DNA of 64,000 bases, taken from positions 96,356-160,355 of the forward strand of contig JAAOMT010000239.1 in assembly GCA_016748015.1 (NCBI GenBank), written 5' to 3'. The stretch is from Geosiphon pyriformis uo1 (Eukaryota > Fungi > Glomeromycota). Under the pieces are notes generated by a model. It was given only the letters and a program-made list of their open reading frames with translations, made no database searches and was not told the origin of the DNA. A program made the translations under genes and the position numbers. Below are positions 1 through 13,515 of this stretch, piece after piece (the stretch's first letter is position 1; each line of letters opens with the position of its first letter).

Positions 1-31
1 TGACCAGTCATTTGAACTGATCAGGACAATA

Positions 32-3000
32 CTAAACACCTATATGAACCGAAACTGGGTCACCAATTCCTAAAAAAACAAACAAAACTTGTGAAATCTA
101 AAACAAACACCAAATGCCTCAGTAATACCAAGCAACCTAATAACACCAGCAGACAACCCTGAAAACAGACCAGAAATTGAGATAAAAGCTGAACCATCTG
201 GTGAAATCAGCCCATTTTTTTCCATAAAAACACAATGCTTAGCCCAAACCAACCAAATCTCATCTCTAAAAGTAAGGCAAAAAGTTTGCACAAATTTTAC
301 AACTTTTAGATGTGTTACTTTGGGGTCACTAAAAATAGACACCATCTTCTGGAACCAACCTGCAAAGACAAAACCCTTACAAATGACTGTATACACATCA
401 ACATTAGAAGCACAAAATAACATCAGCTAAGACACACAAAAAGATGAACAAGAAAGACCTGAAGTAAAAAATCAATTTATATTCACATAAGCTCTTTTGT
501 CTCTTGACTTTATACAACAAAAAATTATAGAATATATGCCAAAAAAAAGATGAGAATACTTCTTTTGATCCAAATTATTATGCACTAAATATCCATTTGT
601 TAAACTAAAATCAGTCATAATTTTGTTAATGTGACTATTATAAATACTGCCAAAAAATTGAATAAACTTGTTGCACATTTTATTTTAACCAAACTTTTTT
701 TGAGATGTTTCTATCTAACAGAATCATATGCTTTTCACATATCCTGTAAAATTAACCATAACTCATGATTTTTTTCCAATGCATCTTCAATCATTGACCC
801 AACTGCAAAGATAAAAAACTATGTAGTTGTATTCTTTAAAACCGAAAAATTGTCTCCATAGAGAACATTATACATGCTGCATAACAACAAAATCTTATTA
901 AAGAAAATCTTAGAGAAAATTTTATGTGCAGTTTCAATCAAAGCAATAAAATGGGTATTCATTAGAATATTCTCCCATTTATATAGTTTGAGAATCATTA
1001 AAACCCAAGTCTCCTTCCAAAAACTAAGCACCAATTCACTAACTAAACAAGAATTCAAGAGCTTCAAGAGCATATCCAAAATTGTCTTATTACAACATTT
1101 CCAAAGTTTATTAGAAATACCAGAAAGTTTGGCAGTTTTGCCATTGAGAAAATTAGAAACCACACAGAACAACTTGTTAAAACCAATTAGACACATTACT
1201 TCTGAAAAAGCTTCATCAAAAACATATTCCAAAAATTGATATTAATGGCACCAATCTTTGAATACATTAGCAATGACTCCATATTTCCTGGTCCAACCCT
1301 CCATAACTATATCTACCTTGGCTTTAACTTGATCAGGTTTTAGAACCAGTTCATTATCAACTACTAAATAATCCAATACCACTTTACAAAAAGGACATTC
1401 CAGAACACTTTTGATAGTATGGCTTTTGTTCACCTCAAAACTCTCTATCTTCTTATTAATGATATGTTTAATGCTTGTTTTTTCAGCCCTCTTAGATTCA
1501 GCAAGTTTGCTGATATAATATAATTTTTTTACCCTAAAAAGAGCAGAACACACACAATTAGAGTTGGCACCAGAATCCAAAAGAGTCTTAATATTTAAGA
1601 CATTATTATCATCTAAAGAAGATTAAAGATTCAACAGAGATATAAATTCATTTTCAAGACTCATACAGAAATACTTGACAATTTTTGATACTAAAAGCTC
1701 TAATTTGTAAAATTTAGAAGATTTCTTGGTAAACTCCCCAGTATAACTCTTGTACTATTTTCTTTTAAATGTTTCATCAGTTAATAAGATCATAATTTTG
1801 CGAACAATATTCCACATTGTATTTAAATCTAAGAATCTCTTACACATAAGAAATTTATTTGAGAACATAGCAATATTAGTCACTATAGCACTCTTAAACT
1901 TGCACTATTTCAACTCATTAGCATTTTTGAAATCAAATTTTCAACAATTTTTATTTACTCATTTGTGCAGTAAGTTCAGTCACACATTCAGTAATTCATT
2001 CAAACTCACAAAAACAGAAACAGCTTTGTGATTAGTATTAAAATGTTTATTGACATCCATGATATTGTGATTCACCATTGTATTAACCAAATTTGAAGAA
2101 ATAAACATGTAATTAATTATTTTTTCTATGCTTTTTGAATTTTTTTATGTAGAATTTTTCATGATTAAACTCCCTAATAAAGAATTAACCAACCCCAAAT
2201 TAAGGCATTTCTTGAAACTTACACACCTGTGAGAACCATCTTCATTGAAATCACCACCTAAGATGACAAAAGAAGATTCATTCATAGTTTTTACAATTAG
2301 AAAATTAATATCACCAGCTTGAAAAAACCAAACTACAGAAGAAACACCAACATAGAGCCCCAAAATCGAAATGAAAAGCTTATTTTTGAAGAATAACTTA
2401 ACAGAAAGGAGCTGACCAGGCATCTCAGAAATTTTACACATGTAATGAGTCAAAGAAATGTCTATGATGATGACAACACCAAAACCCAAATAATCAAAGT
2501 CCATACCAGAAGTAAAAACATAGACACTATTAAACTTATTAACAATTCATAAACAGACTTTACTCTTTAATTTAGTTTCAATAATGGTCAAAATCAAATT
2601 GCCCATATCCTTGTGCCAATGAACTATATCTTCTTGCTTTACAAGATTGTTCATATTCTGAGCATTGTATGTAATAATTTTCCAAATCAAACTGATTATT
2701 GAGATGAAAAGAGAACTGATATATCCAAACCAGAACACAAATAATCCAATCTTCCCAAAATCAAATTAATTAATGCCTCTAAAGCCATCATTTTTGATTT
2801 CAAACCACTTATCTTGGTGGTTAGAACCTTAGAATTACTAAAGCTGAAATTAGCAACTACATCAAAACCAACAGAAAAAGAGAAAATGGATGAGACCAAC
2901 ACATTATCTAAAACCATATTTAAATCCAAAACAGGAGCCAGAGAAATAAGGACAACTAAAGGGAAAATGGAAAAGGATGTAGTCAAAAACACCAACTCCA

Positions 3001-4532
3001 CAAAGCTTAATTTTTTTAATAGAACAAAAACCTGATTTAACAAAAGCTCCAAAGAGCATTTTAAGACTGCCAAAAAATCACTTAATCCAAAATCAACAGA
3101 GAAAACAAGACTCAAAAAAAGAGACACCACATCTGAAGATAAACTACCACTAAACAAAACTGATGATACTACATAAAATAGAAAACTTACTACATTTACC
3201 AGAATTCTCATCCACTGAACAAGCATTAAAAACATGACCAAATTTTTTACACAGAGTACAACAGGCCAAAGACAGCCCAGCCCAATATAAAGTTACACTT
3301 TTGAAAACAAGAACAGAACTAATAGCAGCTAATTTAGATGCTTCATTTGTAAAACACACTATTACACATCTATTATACACATACATATTGAGATTATGAC
3401 CAATGAAGCAAGTTTTCTCACCATATGAGTTCAACAAATCAGACAAATTATGAGCTGTGGTTCCAACTCAAAAAGTATACAATAGAGCCTGATAACAGTC
3501 TCTTGTTACTCATGAATCTTTGTCATTAACAGCCAAAGTCACATACATTGAATTTTTTTTCATAAAAACTGACCATTTGGAAGCAATTAAGCTAGCTACA
3601 TCTGATCATTCAAATTTTACCAAGGCCTTTTTCCAAAGACCAATTAAATGTATTTTGATTGAAACAACTTTGCCAAATTTAGAAAAAACAGATTCTACAG
3701 CTGATTTGGGAAAATTCACTGGGATTTCCTTCACAATAATTTCCCAATTTATGTATTTGTTTATCTGCTTAACATTATCATTGACTAAAATTTTTTTACT
3801 AACAGCCAATTTTTTTGCTTTTTTCAAACTTAATTCAGATATAAAAGATAATTTAATGATTTCTGAAAACTTTGAAGAAGTTCAAGCTCCTCCAAAACCA
3901 TCCACATGATAGAAAATTTTTTTAACAAAAATTAACTTATCACTAACAGTTTTATCAGGCACTGTGGAAAGCTCAATATCAAGTACAAATAACTTAGCCA
4001 AATTGAAACTCCATTTCTCTGATACATGTGACTTGAATAGTGGCAACTGATTGGATCCATTGAATTTAAAAGAAGGAAGTTCTAAGACCTTATTATTATT
4101 ACTTATGTTATTATACAAAGGCACTTTTGAGAAGTGACTTAATACATACATATATATGCAAGTTTTTTTTGGAGTTGTTTTGTCTATGTTTTTATTATTC
4201 ACCAAATTATCTAACTTTACATAACTTGTTTCCTTAGCAACAGTGTTTTTCATATTATTAATATCTGAAAGCTCATTAACACTATTTGCAATGCTGCCAA
4301 TGTTGCTTTCTCAGAATATCACAGGTTTAACACTAACAACACTAATATCTTCCAAGCTCAGAGAACTGGCAGATGAGTCAATTACACCACCAGTTACTGG
4401 CATCTTCAGTTTTTTATAGGATGCACTATGGGAGTAGATAGTGTTCACATGCTTCTTTTTTGCATTCAAACAGGCCTCCAAACCAGTTATACCAGCACTA
4501 GAACCATTAGCAGATGTGTCTACAGGTTTCAT
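32..4532 (-). mobile_element. Degenerate non-LTR (LINE-like) retrotransposon with ORF1 (CCHC knuckle) and ORF2 (APE endonuclease, partial RT, C-terminus)
   Basis: Broken minus-strand ORFs. ORF1 starts MKPVDTSANG (4532) and has C-x2-C-x4-H-x4-C (CTLCKKFGHVFNAC, ~3220-3262). Endonuclease motifs: WKIITYN..IIETKL and VILGGDFNEDG. RT motifs: IALIETAHKIFSKI, LQDM*KAYDS, GYLVHNNLDQ. ORF2 ends ...GDPVSVHIGV* at ~32. Many stops and frameshifts; almost no CpG. Confidence 0.9.
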
Positions 4533-4966
4533 AATAATAAAATTAGAAGTATCTGAAGAAATAACTAATAAAAAAAGAAGAAAAGGAAAAAAATAAAAAG
4601 AAAAATGCTATATTTTCAACAAATTTTATCACTCTCAATATGAACAGGGGATCGACAAAAGAAAAAAAAAATTATTATGTGATTTATATAATCTTACATA
4701 TCTATTAATAAATTACTAAATATATCTATAAGTATAAATATATTCAATTTAAAAAAATATCTGTTTTATTATATAAATGTTAAAATAAGGAGTTTATAGG
4801 CAACAAAAAGCAAAAATTTTAAATAATAAAACAAATAAAAATTAAATAAGAAAAGGAAATTAATTGTATAGATTAATAAAATTTTTTATATTTACAAAAA
4901 TAATTAAAAATGTCATATATTATTTGATCAGAAATATTATTAAACATAATTAATTTCTTTTAATAA

Positions 4967-5024
4967 AATTTTATTTTCTAAAATTTCAACAATTTTATTT
5001 TCTAAAATTTCAACAATTTTATTT
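4967..5024. repeat. 24-bp tandem duplication (x2.4)
   Basis: AATTTTATTTTCTAAAATTTCAAC at 4967-4990 and 4991-5014, plus a partial third copy. Confidence 0.85.
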
Positions 5025-5784
5025 AAGACTTTAATAATTTGAATATTATTTAATAAACATAATTTTTAATTTTATGTTAAATTTTTTTTATTGGTTTAAA
5101 ATCTCAATTAAAAAAAATTTAATAAAATATTATAATGTTAAATTGTCACATAATTACAATTTTAATTAATATCATGTTTATTTGCTATATTTGAAAATTT
5201 TATTTTATCCCTATACTTTAGAATAATTATTTTATAAATCAAATATTATATATATATTGTTATGCTAAAGCTAAAAATAATTATTGTAAAAACTAGTATT
5301 AAAAATCTTGAAATAAAAAATACTTGTAATCGAAATTTTAGTTCATAATAATTATATTTTATTAAAAAATTTGGAATTAAAATACAAATAAAAATAACGT
5401 ATGATTAAAAATATTTATAATATATACAACTCAAAATATGTTTAATAATAGTAAAAAAAAATAAAGATTCAATTTTTGTCATTTAAGTAACTGCTTTTTT
5501 AATTAAATTTAATCAATCTAAACTTATTATCTTATATTTTTTTTCCTTAATTTTCGACATTTTAATTTCTTTGTTTTATTGTATTTGAATTTTTTTGGTA
5601 CTGAATATTATTTTTCTTATTAAATGAATTGGGTAATTTTTAAAATAATTCTTAATATTTTATTACAAAATACATTATATTGAAAGAAATTGTTTATGCT
5701 AAAAAAATGAATATAACGCATAAGAATAAAAGCTTAACTTTTTGCTTGGTTAATTGACAACACTGAATACATTAATTATCACTA

Positions 5785-7593
5785 ATGAAGAAAAAATACC
5801 AAGCTAGATACAATTGGTAATTTTCGTTTATACATGTAATAGCTCTACCTTTACAAAACGAGATTCTTAAAAGTGAAAATTAATGGCTTGAAGGGATTGC
5901 CTGAAGCACCAGGCCGGATTCCTATTCTTGGTAATTTTCCGATATTTTTCAATTTAAAAATATTAACAAACCCTATAATATTTGAAAAATTAATTTCAAA
6001 TTCTTTTATTATTATAGGACATGTCTTTTTAATAAGTCGTACTATGTATAAAAAGTAATTATATTTTAATAATCTTTAAGTTATTGTGAATCACTTATTT
6101 TACTAAAATACAATTATTTAATATAGATTCGCTAAGTTGGGTGATATATTTACAATTTATATCGGCCCTCAGCGTTTTATAATTCTAAACAGTCCCAAAA
6201 TTATTAATGATCTTATTGAAAAGCGTAACTATAAATTTTATTGATTTTCTGAGATTGACCTAGAAATCTAATAAAACAAAATCTGACTATTAANNNNNNN
6301 NNNNNNNNNNNNNNNNNNNNNNNNNNNNNNNNNNNNNNNNNNNNNNNNNNNNNNNNNNNNNNNNNNNNNNNNNNNNNNNNNNNNNNNNNNNNNNNNNNNN
6401 NNNNNNNNNNNNNNNNNNNNNNNNNNNNNNNNNNNNNNNNNNNNNNNNNNNNNNNNATTTACGCTTCACCTCATTCAATATGATAATAAACATCTTGTTT
6501 GCGATCCAATTGGAAGATTTTAATGATCAAATTTATCAAAAATTAGAGAACGGTTACGCAAGAATTCTCGAAGCTCTTGGCTTTAAAAATCTTCTACCAA
6601 ATCTATTCCCAATATTCTTGTCCTTTCCTCCATATCGAAAGGAGCTTTCAAATATTATAGAAATACGTGACGAATTAGAAACACTAATTCGAGGCCTATT
6701 GAAAAGAGTAGAGGATGATTTGGAAAAGAAACCATGTGTTTCCCAAGATTTTTTGCAGAAATTGAATGAAGGCACTATTGACGAGTTAAGCGTTATTGTA
6801 TTATGCAATGATTTTATGCTAGCAGGAACAGTGAGTCCACAAATCCTATTTGAAGTCGAATAAATTCAAAATCCTTTTGTCAATTCTAGGAAACTATATA
6901 TTGGCTTATTGCAATTTTAGCCAATCATCCTGAGTTTCAGCAGAAAGCGCACGACGAATTAGACAGAGTAGTTGGATGTGAACATTTACCAAACATATCT
7001 GATTTTAACTCACTTCCATATATCCAATCACTGATTAAAGAAACTCTTCGTTGGATTCCTCTAGTTCCGAAACTTGGTTATATTCCACTGCGTTTTTTTT
7101 TCCGAAAATATATCACTTATATATTTATAATTTTTCTATTATATTTATTATTATAGTCCAGCACCTTTAAGGTTTCTTGAACAAGATGATGAATATTTAG
7201 GATATTATTTCCCGTAGTTTTCAATCCGGATCGGTTTTTTGAATTAAAAGAAAGCATGGCCGCTTCCCTACCAAAATCCAGATCATTATTCTTTTTCGAT
7301 TGGGAGACGAATTTGTACTGGAATTCACTTAGTAAGTTTTTAACAATTCTTTTATAAATTCATTTTATTCTCCCCTAGATTCTGAAAATAAAATTTATAT
7401 TTAATAGGCTGAAGTAAAAATACTCTCCATCTTAAGTGGGCTACTTTGGACCTTTAAAATCGAAAACGTGAAACGGGATGCAACTGGAAGGGTTCTTCCA
7501 ATTGATCTAAACGATTCGATTAAAAGTGTTCTTTAGACTCCTAATCCATACAATGTTCGATTCGTTCCAAGGCATCAAGAAATAAATCTTTAA
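5785..7593 (+). pseudogene. Cytochrome P450 pseudogene (multi-exon)
   Basis: Pro-rich hinge LPEAPGRIPILG, I-helix DFMLAGT, ExxR (KETLR), PERF-like FNPDRF and heme motif FSIGRRICTG. Disabled by a frameshifted start region, a deletion/frameshift after GYYFP (~7213), a frameshift before the heme motif and an in-frame TAG at 7534. Spans a gap. Confidence 0.85.
6294..6456. other. Assembly gap (N run)
   Basis: Run of N. Confidence 1.
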
Positions 7594-8489
7594 GCTTATA
7601 ATTAAATAATATTTCAAGTTTTTTAAAACTGATTTTATTATATGAAAGAAATTCTTAATTCTTGATTCTTTTATTTACTATTATAATATTAATTTATAGG
7701 AATATATAAATATATTTATGGCTAGCATTTTATAATAACAAATTCAAAAATTTTGAGGTTGTTATATGTTGCACAATTTTTTTTTTATTACATCCAGTCG
7801 CTATTCAACAATTACATGTTACATATTACACGCGGCTCGTGCACTTTCTGCACGTGACCAGTCCACTTTTGCATTTAATATAATAGTCAATATTTAATAT
7901 CTTAAAATATTATACTCATCCGAGTTTATTTATTTAAAAATGGTTTAATATTAATTATATTATTTCAATAAAAAATGTAATTAACTACTATAATTGTTTT
8001 AAACTATTTCAAATAGCAAAGATCATATCTGCATTGATTATATTATTGCATGTATAATTTTTTATATTGTCTATTTAAATACTGAATGTATTTATCAATA
8101 AGAATTTAAAAGTTTTATTAAAAAAGCTACTTATTTTCAATGTTATTTTGACAATATTGTAAATAAAATGTTTAAATGTTTAATATTTGAAAATTACCTA
8201 TTTGTTATTTCAATATCAACATATTATACTATTAATATTACTGAATTGTAAAATAAACTTTAGATGTGAGTGAATAAATTTTATAATAAAATAAATAAAT
8301 CAATAAAAATATTTTTATATCGACTATGTTAAAATTTACACTACCAATTATTGACCACGATTAGATCTATAAAATAAATAAAAGCAAACTAATTTTGCAT
8401 AATTATATTTTAACCCTTATTTTTAGGTAAAAAAACTAATTTTTTTGTAGTGTAAAATAAATTAATCTATAAGTCTATCATTTATTAAA

Positions 8490-8730
8490 TCAACTATTTG
8501 AGCAGTTAAAAGATGACTGGTATAAATTCCTGGATTAATTTTGACCACAAAATTCGAAAAGATTTTTATAGCTTCTAAATGTTCTCGGTTGGGTTTAGGT
8601 TTGGTGAATTTTCCAGCCAGTTGATAGTCATATTGTTACTTTCCGTTAACCATTTCTTAATACTTTCCGCAGTATAGGTTGGTGTGTTAGGTTTTTAATT
8701 GCATTCTGAGATTGAAAAAGTTGGCTTTTA
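8490..8730 (-). pseudogene. Relic of a TKL kinase C-terminus
   Basis: Minus strand gives KINPGIYTSHLLTAQI, matching IHPEAVYTSRLLTAQM of the kinase at 36.2 kb; ATTTGAGCAGTTAAAAGA is shared at the DNA level. Confidence 0.6.
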
Positions 8731-10137
8731 AGATTTCAAGTAAAGTATTTGCATTTATTTTTCGTCATTTTTCTTTTATTCATCACAAAATACTCATGGA
8801 TCTCTTAATTCTCCTGCAAAACACGTTTAATTTTCAAAGTAAAGACTAAGCAATTAGCACTAAACCTTTCTCTAGCGTGCTGTCAAACTCTTGTCTGTCG
8901 TGATTGCTTCCCAATTTCCACGTGTCTCTTATCAGAGAAGATAACTTTGTCCAATTGCAAGCGGTTTTATTTTCCTCAAACCACCCAATGGAAGCATAAA
9001 CATGTTTTTCTGGAACATAGGTTTTTTTGCTGCGATGTGTGAATGAAGTCCGAAATTGTATATTACATTTGTGGCTATTTTTGAATCTGAAAAAGTTTTT
9101 AAGCATATTAGTAATTAAGCCAGTAATTTTTTTAATCTAAATCTTTAAAGAAAAAGTATCTAATTTTGCAACAAATTTATTTTTGATAGCCAATAAAAAA
9201 TAACTAAGACTACTAAAAAACTAATAGGCTTAATTACAGACTCTATTAAGTAAATTAATTTTTTGCAATTAGAAATTCGAAGAAATTTAACTTTTTTCAT
9301 TGAATATAACAAATAAAGACCCAATAGATAGAACATTCTTTATTGAATGTAACAAAGCAAAAAATAATAGACAGAACAGTGGTTTTAACATAAAATACTA
9401 AATTAACAAATTAAATTATAAAAACTTTCAAAATTACAGACAGTTTAGAAGCAAACTTTAATAAATCAAAAAAAATAACTTAATAATTAAAAACTAGATA
9501 ATCTAAACTTTGATATTTGTAATAATATCAATTTCGAAAAGTTTTTTATTACATATAATATTTTTTCAAAATACTATTCTTAATTACAGAGTCTCAAAAG
9601 CCAATTAAAATTTAATTAACACTTATCAAAAAAAATATTTACTGTAATACCTTAATAGCATATAATTTATATAAAGTGCTTTGAACGTTTGAATTCTTAA
9701 AAATATAGTAACATTTAAGTTTTTTCAGTAAGCATGATATAATTTGAAATTAAAGCCTAATTATATTGGAAACTGGAAAAATAATCAATTTAAAGATAAA
9801 AAAATTAGTCATTTATAAACACATTAAATTTATCCAGCAAAAAAAAATTTTAATCTATTATCGAATCGGAAAAACACTACATCCAAAAACTTTTCAAGCA
9901 TAAAAAATTTTGTTGTCCAAGTAAATTCTAATTCAATTAATTGAAATTTGTTGCATTTGCCTAATTAAATCCAAGATCAAAATACTGTTTTTATATTCCT
10001 ACTTAAATTTCACCTTGCTTCCATTAAACCCAAAAATTACACTTTAAATTCGATTTAGACTATGTATTCTGAAATAAAATTTTTAATCTCAACTTACCCG
10101 TTCTAGTTATAAAGCTTAAATTGCGAACAATGGATTT

Positions 10138-10198
10138 CATTCCATTCCATTCTATTCTATTCTATTCTATTCTATTTTATTCTATTCTATTCTATTCT
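10138..10198. repeat. Pentanucleotide microsatellite (ATTCC/ATTCT)n
   Basis: About 12 units, read directly. Confidence 0.9.
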
Positions 10199-10441
10199 TC
10201 TAAAAATGAATGGTGCGATTTGCATAGTAGATAGCGCGCTGATCGGATTTTAAATAATCAGTTTTGCACATCCTTACCAAAATCTAGTTGATAATCGGTT
10301 ATATATTGGATCCATTTGCAGCTTTGATTGAATATTCATTAAACTTGAATAAAGTTGCCTTCTTTTTTTTTTAATTAGCAGCGATCTTATCTATTAGAAC
10401 TGGTTTCTTTTCAAACTTTCAAGGTCGATGCACGTTATTTC

Positions 10442-11548
10442 ATGTCACTAATCATAAATCGGCCACTGCCAAGATATCAAATTAGGATTCAAAACTCTGT
10501 ACGATCCTTCGCTTCGATTGTCTCAAACCTACCTATAGCATATGTCAGAAAATCAAAAAAATCAAATAAAGGTTTAGTAGATGCTTTTTTCGCCAAAGGG
10601 GAAAAACTCGGTCAAATTGATGTCGAAACTAAGCTAAGCAGTAAGAAATCAAAGTTGAAACTGAAGTCAGAAGCTGGGATAGGTAGTTTCACTTGTTTTA
10701 TCATACTCAATATGTAAATCATATTAAAATTTATGCTTTGTACATCATTCGATGTGAAGTGTTTCAACAAGAAGACATACAAGGATTCATAATTGGCTGT
10801 CAATTGATAAGGTTGCTGAGGGAAAAAGGCCAAAGTGAAAAGTTGATGAACTATCAAGTCGGTACAAAGTATTGGAGTAAGCGTGAGGATAATTTATTGC
10901 TGAAAGGTGTTTTAAAATTTGGAGCCGGTAACTGGGCTCTGATCTCAAAGGTTATTAAAACAAGAAGCAACAAACAAGCTTATTTTCGATGGCGATTACT
11001 TTCGAAAAGAGAAAATGTGGCTTGGGAAAAGAATAAAAAATCTTTTACCAATATGGTTGAAAAAAAAGATTCAAAATGGTGTAAAATTTTCCAGAATCAA
11101 AAACGGAATACTTATTTGAATACACTAGAGCCTACAAAGAATGGTAAAAATAAGAATTCTTGGAATAAAATGGAAAGACAAAATGTTGAAAAACCGGTAC
11201 GTTCCCCTGGACCAGATTCAGAAAATATTTATAACATCCTCAAGCTCAGTTCGCTAAAAAAGGGCTCTGAATTTTTTCGAGAACAGGCTTACAAATGTAA
11301 GTAACTTCAAATAAAAATTTCCACTTTTCAAGTTCAGATTCGCTTTGAAAATTTTCAAAAATTATCACTATTACGCAGATTATTCAAGTATGAATCTCAA
11401 TAAAGGAAGGTGGAATGATAAAGAAATCGCAAAATTCCAATTTTCTTTTAAAAAACTTGGTAAGAACTGGTATGAAGTTTCAAAAGCTGTCGGTTCAAGA
11501 ACACCTCGACAATGTTATGAATATTTTAGATTACATTTTAAGAATTGA
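10442..11548 (+). CDS. Myb/SANT-repeat DNA-binding protein (~315 aa; exons 10442-10682, 10760-11296, 11379-11548)
   Basis: Two clear Myb repeats (WSKREDNLLLKGVLKFGAGNWALISKVIKTRSNKQAYFRW; KGRWNDKEIAKF..KLGKNWYEVSKAVGSRTPRQCYEYF) plus a degenerate region between them. Two phase-1 GT-AG introns (77 and 82 nt) join the three ORFs in frame. Confidence 0.8.
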
Positions 11549-12549
11549 TAGCTCCGTTTAAAAAAAGCAATATTCATTCACTAGATTTGGATGAGCTTTG
11601 GAATTTTCGAAATAAATATATTGAAAAATACTCTTTTTTTGAATCTTTGATAAACATCAATTAAAAGTTTGGAGATTTTGTTAATTTTGGAAGCAATATG
11701 AAATTAGTAAATTATTATGATATAATGTAAGATGCACAAATAATAAAATATTTTTTTGAATTTTAGGCACACTTTAAAACTAAATATGAAAAATATATAT
11801 ATGTTTTTTGTTTCTAATTCGTTAAATTTGATTTTTTTGTTTAAATTTAGGTTTCCATTTATCAAGTTTTTTTTAATCATTAATTTAAAACACAAGATTA
11901 GATAATTTTAATGTAAAAAATAAACCAAAGATATTTGAGAAACCATTTTTGTAAAAAAGAATGTAGTTAATAAATGATAGAAAAATTAAAATAAGGTTAG
12001 GTAAAATATTCTCTTAATAAATATTGTGAGAGCATTTTGATATCATTAGGATGAGCTTTCTCACTATGGTAATTTTAATTCTTTTTGTTTGGATAAATTA
12101 TAACATTCTTAGAGGTAAAAATATGTCAAATTTGTAAACTCTCAACTTTTCTGTCAAAGAATAACTATTAATTTTTATAAACTCAATTTCACAATAAGTA
12201 GTCTAAAAGATTTTTTTTCTAGTTATTTAAATCAAGTGTGTGTTCCCTCATCATTAGTTTTTCATTTTACTTAAGGTAACCCTAAAAAAAAAGAATTATG
12301 GGACTTGAATATAAGAAATTATAATTTTTCACTTTGCTCTGTTACACAATTTAAATACACTAACATGGAATCAACAAGCTTATCAAAGACTGATTGGATA
12401 TATTTTAAAGCCTGTGAAAAATTGAATATTATGTAGTTATTTCCCTATGTAGATCGCAAAATTCAGTAAAAAGTGGTAAGGATACTTTTTTTCTTTGAAA
12501 GAAATGTCAAAATTTCACATATCGATATTACGCCTGCTTTGAAAGCTAA

Positions 12550-13190
12550 ACCTTTCTTGTAAACATAAATGATGATCCTTATTTTGATTTCCGAGGTTGA
12601 CGAATGAGTCTGCGGGTACACATCATCGGGACAATTACTCCGCAAAAAAACATCAATTGTGAATGGTATTTATGTACTACCTGTGCTAATCGTATGGAGG
12701 AATTTTTCAATTGATTTTCTAACAAAGTTAAAAGATTTTTGGTGGCATTTGATTTTTTAAAATACATTTGAAAAAATACGCTGAACTTGAAATCACGAAA
12801 TAAGGATTAAATTTAATAATCGATATCAACCACTATGGGGTAACCATGAAATGCCAAAAGGATTTGAAAGGATAAAAAATTGATTTAGTTTCAAAAAATC
12901 CAACCATTGCATCGATCAAAAAGATCAATGGAGTTTAATTCTTTTTCGTAACTTAAGACAGTCTTGTAAAGCAGAAAGTGTATGGACAATTTCCAAGGGA
13001 ATTTGTGATACTATATTTGTTGAACTTCTTTATAAATTGAATTACAACCAAAAAACGTTCAGATTTAAATTTGAACTCGAATCAAATTTTTCTTTCACAT
13101 AAAGATCTTCACCAAAATTCCCCTTAAATTTTTTTGATCAATCATATTACTTGACAATAAATGGAAACGGATAAACCCAACGAAGAAAGT
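12550..13190 (+). pseudogene. Decayed coding-like sequence of unknown family
   Basis: Long near-open frames (LVNINDDPYFDFRG*RMSLRVHIIG...CEWYLCTTC; NRYQPLWGNHEMPKG...) interrupted by isolated stops and a frameshift. Confidence 0.35.
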
Positions 13191-13515
13191 CCCACTTGAT
13201 AGCCCTCGGTTGAAAGCCTTCGTAGTCAACCTAAGTCAGGGCATATCATACTTACACCCAGTAAGCCCGTCACTTTTCTATGGTGAATATACCATGGCGA
13301 AGCATTTCAAATAAATCAAACTGAATTTTAAGCAGAAAAATGAATCTTGGTCAAGCATGAAGATTTCTGTATTTAAAATAATTTTTTGAATGTTACTAAA
13401 ATGTGATTTTCAATTCTTTGCTACCCCTTTACATGTTTCAAAAATAAAGATAAAAATGGTTAATGTTCAATTTTTACAATATAAAATTTGAATCAAATGT
13501 TTCATAAAATTAGTA

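Noticed and set aside
874-3909. Plus-strand ORFs within the first retroelement
   Set aside because: Antisense shadows of the decayed minus-strand ORFs.
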